Assembly: GCA_040384445.1 (NCBI GenBank)
Contig: JAZKJG010000001.1
Location: forward strand, 7,650-71,649
DNA length: 64,000 nucleotides
Direction of reading: 5' to 3'
DNA from: Patescibacteria group bacterium
GTDB lineage: Bacteria > Patescibacteriota > Minisyncoccia > Phycocordibacterales > CAIZLB01
The translations under genes were made by a program, and so were the position numbers. Positions 10,501 through 19,500 of this stretch are shown in pieces; within the stretch, counting starts at the first letter, position 1; each line of letters begins with the position of its first letter. The notes beneath the pieces were generated by a model. It was not told the DNA's origin and ran no database searches. It worked only from the letters and a program-made list of their open reading frames with translations.

Positions 10501-13500
10501 GAGCAACAAGTTTGACAGCCGGTTATGTAATTCCACTTGTTGCATCAACAACTGAATGGGCTGCAGTTGCTGCATCAACAACTCCATCAGCAATTCGAGG
10601 ACTATTCTCTAACTCTGCAACTGGATTAACATACAACTCAAGTACTGGAGCAACATCATTCACTGCAGGTTACTCGATACCTCTCACGGCTTCATCAACT
10701 GAATGGTCATCATTCTTCAACACTCCATCAACACGAATCACTGCTGGATCAAATTTATCATGGGCAGGAAATACATTGAATGCAAATATTTCAACATCAT
10801 CAATTAACTATCTACGACTTGTAAGTGGTGGTCTTGAAATTTCTACATCAACTGACTTTATTCGTGCAGCATATTTCACAGCAACAAGTACGACAGTTTC
10901 AACATTTGCAGGAGCTGTTGCAATCGGAACAACAACTTCTCTTGCTAAATTTGATGTGAATGCAGGTAGTGCACTGCATGCTAATGCGTTTAATATTTAC
11001 GGAGTTTCAACATTGGGTATAGGTTCAGTATTTGGTCGTATATCAAACACAAACACCACAGGAAGAACTTTATTTTCACTCGGAGAAACATCAGGAGATA
11101 CATCAACTCCATTTTACATCCAACGATATGGTTCAACTCATGCAACCACTCCGAACTTGGTTGAGATTGGAATTGCTACTGCAACAGGCGATATGGCGTT
11201 TCTTACTAATTCTGTAGAGAGATTGCGTGTTACTTCATCTGGAAATGTTGGAATTGGTTCTTCAACTCCATCAGCAACTCTTGGTGTTGCAGGATCACTT
11301 AACGTAACTGGAGCATTCCGAGCAAACGGTGACGCAGGAACTTCAGGACAAATCTTCCAATCAACTGGATCTGGAGCATCATGGATTTCTACATCAACGC
11401 TTAACATTCTTGGTACTACAACAATCCGAACATTGTTCTCATCAACTGCAACAGGTCTGACATATACTTCAGGAACTGGAGTGTTCTCACTTACTGCTGG
11501 ATATGTAATTCCACTCACTGCATCATCATCTGAGTGGGCACTCGCATACGCATCGACTTCGGCAATGACTCCGACATATACTCGTGGTCTGTTCTCAAAC
11601 TCAACTACTGGACTTACATACAACTCTGGAACTGGTGCAACATCTTTGACGGCGGGATATGTGATTCCACTTGTTGCATCGACTACAGAATGGGCAGCAT
11701 CATCAGCTTCAACTTCTCCTTCTGTAATTCGAAGTTTGTTCTCTAACTCTGCAGCAGGTCTTACGTACAGCTCAACAACAGGAGCAACAACTCTCACAGC
11801 TGGATACTCAATACCTCTTACTGCATCATCAACTGAATGGTCATCATTCTTTAACACTCCATCAACAAGAATTACTGCTGGAAATAATCTTTCATGGACT
11901 GGTAATACGTTGAATGCAAGTTTCTCAACATCAAGTGTAAACTATGTACGAATCGTAAGTGGTGGTCTTGAAACTGCAACGTCAACTGATTTTTTACGAG
12001 CTGCATACTTTACTGCAACTTCAACTACAGGTACTTCTACATTTGCAGGACTTGTAGGAATCGGAACAACTACACCGTCTGCCACTCTTGGAGTAAATGG
12101 ATCTATCAATGTTACAGGTGCATTCCGAGCAAACGGTGACGCAGGAACTTCAGGACAAATCTTCCAATCAACTGGATCTGGAGCATCATGGATTTCTACA
12201 TCAACGCTTAACATTCTTGGTACTACAACAATCCGAACATTGTTCTCATCAACTGCAACAGGTCTGACATATACTTCAGGAACTGGAGTGTTCTCACTTA
12301 CTGCTGGATATGTCATTCCTCTTACTGCATCAACTACTGAATGGGCTACTGCATATGCTTCTACAACAGCACTGACTCCAGCATATTTCCGAGGTCTTCT
12401 TTCTAACTCTGCAACAGGTCTTACATACAACTCAACGACTGGCGCCACTTCATTTACGGCTGGATACTCAATACCACTCACTGCATCATCAACAGAATGG
12501 TCATCATTCTTCAACACTCCATCAACTCGAATTACAGCTGGATCAAACCTCACATGGTCTGGAAATACATTGAATGCAAACATTTCAACATCATCTATCA
12601 ACTATCTACGACTTGTAAGTGGAGGATTAGAGACTTCTACTTCAACAGATTTCTTGAGAGCTGCATTCTTTACAGCAACTTCAACTACAGCAACATCGAC
12701 GTTTGCAGGTTATGTTGGAGTTGGAACATCTAGTCCTCTTGCAAAGCTTCATGTATTCGGAGGCACTGCTTCTCCGCAAGTAGTAGTGGATAGTGGAAGT
12801 CAAAATTTGGATTTATATGCAGCAGCAACAACAAGTAACATAGATTTTTCAAGTATACTTTTATTTAGATCAAAGACGTTTGCAAACAGAGGTACAAACA
12901 CAGGAGCTGTTGAATATGGTCGGTTTGATGCAAGTGGTAACTTCCAAGTTGGTACATCAACCGCATTAGGTCGTGTAAATATTCAAGGTGTAAACTCATC
13001 ACCAACAAACGCTGCATTGAGTGTATATAATAGTACAGGAACAAACTTGTTGAATGTGATGAATGGTGGAAATGTTGGAATTGGTTCTTCAACTCCATCA
13101 GCCACTCTTGGTGTTGCAGGATCACTTAACGTAACTGGAGCATTCCGAGCAAACGGTGACGCAGGAACTTCAGGACAAATCTTCCAATCAACTGGATCTG
13201 GAGCATCATGGATTTCTACATCAACGCTTAACATTCTTGGTACTACAACAATCCGAACATTGTTCTCATCAACTGCAACAGGTCTGACATACACATCAGG
13301 AACTGGAGTATTCTCACTTACTGCAGGATATGTGATCCCACTTGTTGCATCATCATCTGAGTGGTCACTCGCATACGCATCGACTTCTGCAATGACTCCG
13401 ACATATACTCGTGGTCTGTTCTCTAACTCAACTACTGGACTTACGTACAACTCTGGAACCGGTGCAACATCTTTGACAGCCGGATATGTGATCCCACTTA

Positions 13501-16500
13501 TTGCTTCAACAACACAATGGGCTACTGCATACGCTTCAACAACAGCACTTACTCCTGCATACTTCCGAGGGTTACTCTCTAACTCTGCAACTGGGTTAAC
13601 ATACAACTCAACAACAGGAGCAACATCATTCACTGCTGGATACTCAATACCTCTTACTGCATCATCAACTGAATGGTCATCATTCTTTAACACTCCATCA
13701 ACAAGAATTACAGCTGGATCAAATCTCACATGGTCTGGAAATACGTTGAATGCAAATATTTCAACATCATCAATCAACTACCTGCGACTGGTAAGTGGAG
13801 GTCTGGAAACTGCAACGTCAACAAACTTCTTGAGAGCTGCATATTTCACAGCGACAAGTACAACAGGAACGAGTACATTTGCAGGAGCTGTTGCAATCGG
13901 AACAACCACATCACCGTATAAACTTGCGGTTATTGGAGATTCGTATTTTTCAGGAAATATAAATGCATTTAGTTATGGTGCAGATGCGTATCATATTTTA
14001 GGTAGTAATCAGCACAATACAGTAACCATAAAGAAAGGTACTGGCTACGGTTCAGGTATTCATTTTGAAGATGGGTCTTCAAACCTATGGGATATATCAA
14101 CAGACAGTAGTAATAATTTTAGTATTTTTAACTACAGCCCTAGTGCAACAGCATTTGCAATAAATAAATCTAATAACTATGTAGGAATTGGAACTTCAAC
14201 TCCAATCTTCGCGTTGGATGTAGTTGGTGCAGCTGGGACTGTTATTCGAGCAAACAGTTCTGGCTCAACATATATTGATGCGAATACTGGAAGTGCTAGT
14301 TCAAATGGTGGATTTTCATTCAGTGCACTTGGAAGTAACAAATGGTTACTCTACAGAGATGGTGATGATGACTCTGTAAATTTTTTCAGTAATACTTTGG
14401 CTCAATCAGTACTAACTATGAATGCTGCTGGAAACGTAGGAATCGGAACAACAACCCCAACAGAAAAACTTTCTATAGCTGGAGCTCTTAATTTAACTGG
14501 CGCATTCAAATCAAACGGAAACGCAGGAACTCTAGGACAAGTATTACAAACAACTGGAACTGGAGTACAGTGGGTTGCAACATCATCACTTGGAATATCA
14601 GGCGGATCACTCTCAGGTGGAACTGATGGATATCTTGCACGATGGACAAGTGCGTCAACACTCAGTTCAGGACTATTCCTAGACAATGGAACAGTGGCAG
14701 GAATCAATGCGACATCTTCATCATATACATTTAATGTAAAAGGAAACTCAGGAGTAAATCCATTTAACGTCGCATCATCAACAGGTACGTCAATGTTTGC
14801 GATTGCAAATAACGGAAGAGTCACTGTGTACGGTGATATTGAAACAGATGATGATATATCAAACACCTTTCTTGGTGTCGGTGCCGGCAAGGGTTCAGTT
14901 CTAGATGGTGGTAGTAACACTGCAGTTGGTAGTGATGCTTTGTACACAAATACAGGAAGTTTTGGAGGTTACGGCTATGACAACACTGCGCTTGGTGCAT
15001 ATTCTCTCTACAGTCTCAATGCTGTAAGCGGAGGAAGTGGCTATGCAAACGTTGCTGTTGGTGTAAAGGCACTTTGGTTAAATGTACTTGGATCAGAAAA
15101 TGTTGCTTTGGGTACAAAAGCTCTTGAGGATATGACAGATGGCTATGGAAACATTGCGATCGGAAACAATGCTGGTAATAATCAAACACTTGGATCATAT
15201 AATATCGTTATCGGTAATGTTGTAAGTCTTGCAAGTACTACTGGAAGTAATCAACTTAATATCGGTAATCTTTTGTTTGGTACAGACTTGGGTACAGGAG
15301 GTGGAATTAGTACAGGAAATATTGGGATTGGGACAAATGCTCCTGCATACAGGCTCGACGTCAATGGTACAGGAAGATTTGTTAGAAGTAGTGTAGACGG
15401 TGCTTTGGTACTTGATAACTCGACGTCAGATGCTAATTCTATCCTGTTTCAAACTGCAGCATCAAATAAATGGTCTACTTACCTAAGTGGGAATGATTTA
15501 AGATTCTATGATTATAGTGGGAATGCTGACAGGCTTACTCTTAAATCAGGAGGTAATGTTGGAATTGGTACAACAACCCCAACAGAAAGGCTTTCAATCG
15601 CAGGTGCACTTAATCTCACAGGTGCATTTAAAGCAAATGGTGATGCAGGATCGGTAGGATATGTCATGATCTCACAAGGAACAAGTACTGCACCGATCTG
15701 GGTTGCAACTTCATCACTTGGATTAAGTGGTGGTGCAGGAGTTGGAACAATAAACTCTGGAACAGCTGGTCAAGTTGCGTTTTATGCAGGAAGTGGAACT
15801 ACAGTTTCTGGAACTTCAACACTATTCTTTAGTGCAGGAAATATTGGAATCGGAACTACAACTCCAGGATACAGACTTACTGTTGATGGAGATGTTTGGC
15901 TTGGAACCACAACACTTGCAAATGGTAATCTTGTTATAGGTAAGGATGGTTCTGTTACATCTCGAGGTCAAGCAGGATCAGTATTCTTAGGATTAGATGC
16001 AGGAAATGGGGCAACTTCTTCAAACAGCTCAAATTTCTTTGGTATATCTGCGGGTCAAAATGCAGCATATGCATCATACTCAAACTTCTTTGGTGAAGAA
16101 GCGGGATATGGTGCAACATATGCAACAAACTCAAACTTCTTCGGAGACTCTGCAGGATACGATGCAACAAACGCCGAAAGTGCAAACTTCTTTGGAAATG
16201 AAGCAGGGGTCAATGCAACTAACGCATTATTCTCAAACTTCTTTGGTGCAGCAGCAGGTTATGGTGCAACTGACGCAGCAAACTCAAACTTCTTTGGTAG
16301 ACAAGCCGGGTCTTATGCAACAGATGCATACAATGCTAACTTTTTTGGAGATTTCGCTGGTAGTGGTGCAACATATGCAACAAACTCAAACTTCTTCGGA
16401 GACTCTGCGGGATACGATGCAACATATGCTTACAATTCAAACTTCTTTGGTGAGCAAGCTGGATATGATGCAGAAAATGCATATGACTCAAACTTTCTTG

Positions 16501-19500
16501 GAAGTAGTGCGGGAGCTTATGCAGACAATGCATCATCATCAAACTTCATTGGAAATGATGCAGGAGCATATTCTATCAACGCAGCCTTCTCAAACTTCTT
16601 AGGGCAAAGCGCAGGGTACGATGCTGATAATGCATTTAACTCAAACTTCATCGGACGAGTTACAGGGTATCAAGCAACAAATGCGCGTGACTCAAACTTC
16701 ATGGGATATGGTGCGGGACAGAGTTCGACAAACGCCGCATTCTCAAACTTCTTTGGAAATAATGCAGGAGGAAATGCTCCAAATGCATCATACTCAAACT
16801 TCCTAGGAGTTAGTGCAGGAGGAAATGCAACAAACGCCGCAAACTCTAACTTTATTGGATATAGTGCAGGAGCAAGTGCTACAAACGCACCTTTCTCAAA
16901 CTTCATTGGATACAATGCAGGAAATAGTGCAACAAACGCATCAACTTCAAACTTTATTGGATATAACGCTGGTAACGCCGCAACAAACGCCGCCTTCTCA
17001 AACTTTATTGGAAATAATGCAGGATATGGTGCAACAAATGCTAATTTCTCGAACATGCAAGGATATAACGCTGGGTATGCTGCGACAGGCGCAGTTGCTT
17101 CAAACTTCTTTGGTTTATCAGCTGGAAGTTATGCAACAGGAGCACATAACGCAAACTTCATTGGAAATAGTGCAGGAGGTTCTGCAACATATGCAGCGTA
17201 TGGAAACTTCATTGGAGCAAACGCAGGAGTAAATGCAACAAATGGAGAATTCTCAACCTTCATTGGATATAACGCCGGTAATGCTGCAACAAACGCATCT
17301 TCATCAGTGTTTATTGGGTATGCAGCAGGACAATCAGCAACAAATGCAAGACAATCAAACTTCATTGGTAATGGTTCAGGTTATCTTGCAACAAATGCAA
17401 CATTGTCAAACTTCTTTGGAATCAATGCGGGAAATAGTGCAACAAACGCTTCGTCATCAAACTTCATAGGTTACGGAACAGGAGCAAGTGCAACAAATGC
17501 CGCATTCTCAAACTTTAGTGGACAAGATGCAGGAGCAAGTGCAACAAATGCATCATACTCAAACTTCTTTGGATCACAGGCTGGTCAACTTGCAACAAAC
17601 GCAGTGAATGCAAACTTCTTTGGACGACAAACAGGATTCCTCGCAACTGACGCGTATGATTCAAACTTCATAGGATATGGTGCTGGATATCTTGCTACAT
17701 ACGCATCATCGTCAAACTTCTTAGGAAGATCAGCAGGATCAGGAGCAACAAACGCTGCTTTCTCAAACTTCATTGGAAATAGTGCAGGAAATAGTGCAAC
17801 GGATGCTATATACTCAAACTTCTTTGGTGTTAATGCAGGAATTTTTGCCACTGGAGCTTCTAACTCAAACTTTATGGGATATAGTGCTGGACATACTGCA
17901 ACAAATGCATATCTTTCAAACTTCCTTGGAAGAGCTGCTGGATCTGGGGCAACATATGCAGCATATTCAAACTTCCTTGGATATAACGCAGGGTTAAATG
18001 CAACAAACGCTGAGTACTCTAACTTTATCGGTAACTCAGCTGGAGAAACTGCCACAAATGCATCTACTTCAAACTTCATTGGAAATAACGCTGGAAAACA
18101 AGCAACGAATGCGTTACTTTCAAACTTTATTGGAAATAGTGCCGGTTACCTTGCAACAAACGCTGCTCTTTCAAACTTTATTGGTAATGGAGCGGGAAAT
18201 AGTGCACCAAACGCAGCGATCTCAAACTTTATTGGATATAACGCAGGAAACGATGCAGACAACGCATCATCATCAAACTTCATCGGATTCCAGGCAGGTA
18301 TGCAGGCAACAAATGCATCATCATCAAACATTATAGGAACATATGCAGGATATCAATCAACTAACGCAGCATACTCAAACTTCATAGGATATGGAGCAGG
18401 ACAGTATGCGACAAATGCGCGTAACTCAAACTTTATCGGACTTGGAGCTGGAGGTGGAGGTGTAGGATCATATGATTCAAACTTCTTTGGTGTGAACGCA
18501 GGATCAAATACAAATTCATATAGATCAAACTTTATTGGATATAATGCAGGAACAGATTCACTAAATGCAACATCATCAAACTTCTTTGGAGAGTATGCTG
18601 GATATGATTCAGACAATGCTGCAAAATCAAACTTCATCGGACATTTTGCTGGGTATAATGCAACAAACGCAACTCGATCAAACTTCATTGGAGAACTTGC
18701 TGGGTTCCAAGCAACTAATGCAATCGACTCAAGCTTCATTGGTCGTCAGGCAGGAGAATATGCAACGAATGCTTCATCTTCAGTGTTTATCGGTCGAACT
18801 GCAGGTGCAAGTGCTGTCAACGCCGCCTTCTCAACATTCATCGGTAATGCAGCAGGAGATAGTGCAACCGGCGCTGATAATGCAATATTCATTGGTAATG
18901 CTCCAGGTTACGCTGCAACAAATACTTCAGATGTAATATTCTTAGGTCGAGCAACAGGACAGTATGCATACAATGCAAGTAACTCATTCTTTGCAGGATA
19001 TGCTGCTGGATACGGTGCAACAAACGCATCAATGATGAATGTTATCGGGTGGAATGCTGGAAATGGAGCTACAGATGCAACATTCTCAAACTTCATGGGA
19101 TACTCTGCAGGGTATGGTGCAACAAACGTATCGTTCTCAAACTTCTTCGGCGCAACTGCTGGATATGGAGCAACATATGCTTCACAATCAAACTTCTTTG
19201 GACAATACGCCGGGCAAAATGCTGTCAATGCAGGTGCTTCAAACTTCTTTGGAGGTGGAGCTGGAGATGGGGCTACAGATGCCGCGAGTTCAAACTTCTT
19301 TGGATTTAATGCAGGAGCATTGGCAACAGATGCATCATTCTCAAACTTCTTAGGACAGTATGCAGGAAAAGATGCAACATATGCTTCACTTTCAAACTTT
19401 ATAGGATTCAGTGCTGGAGAAGATGCAACAAACGCAACTCAATCAATCTTCATTGGGTCAAATGCAGGAAAAAATGCAGCGTTTGCAAACAGCTCTATAT

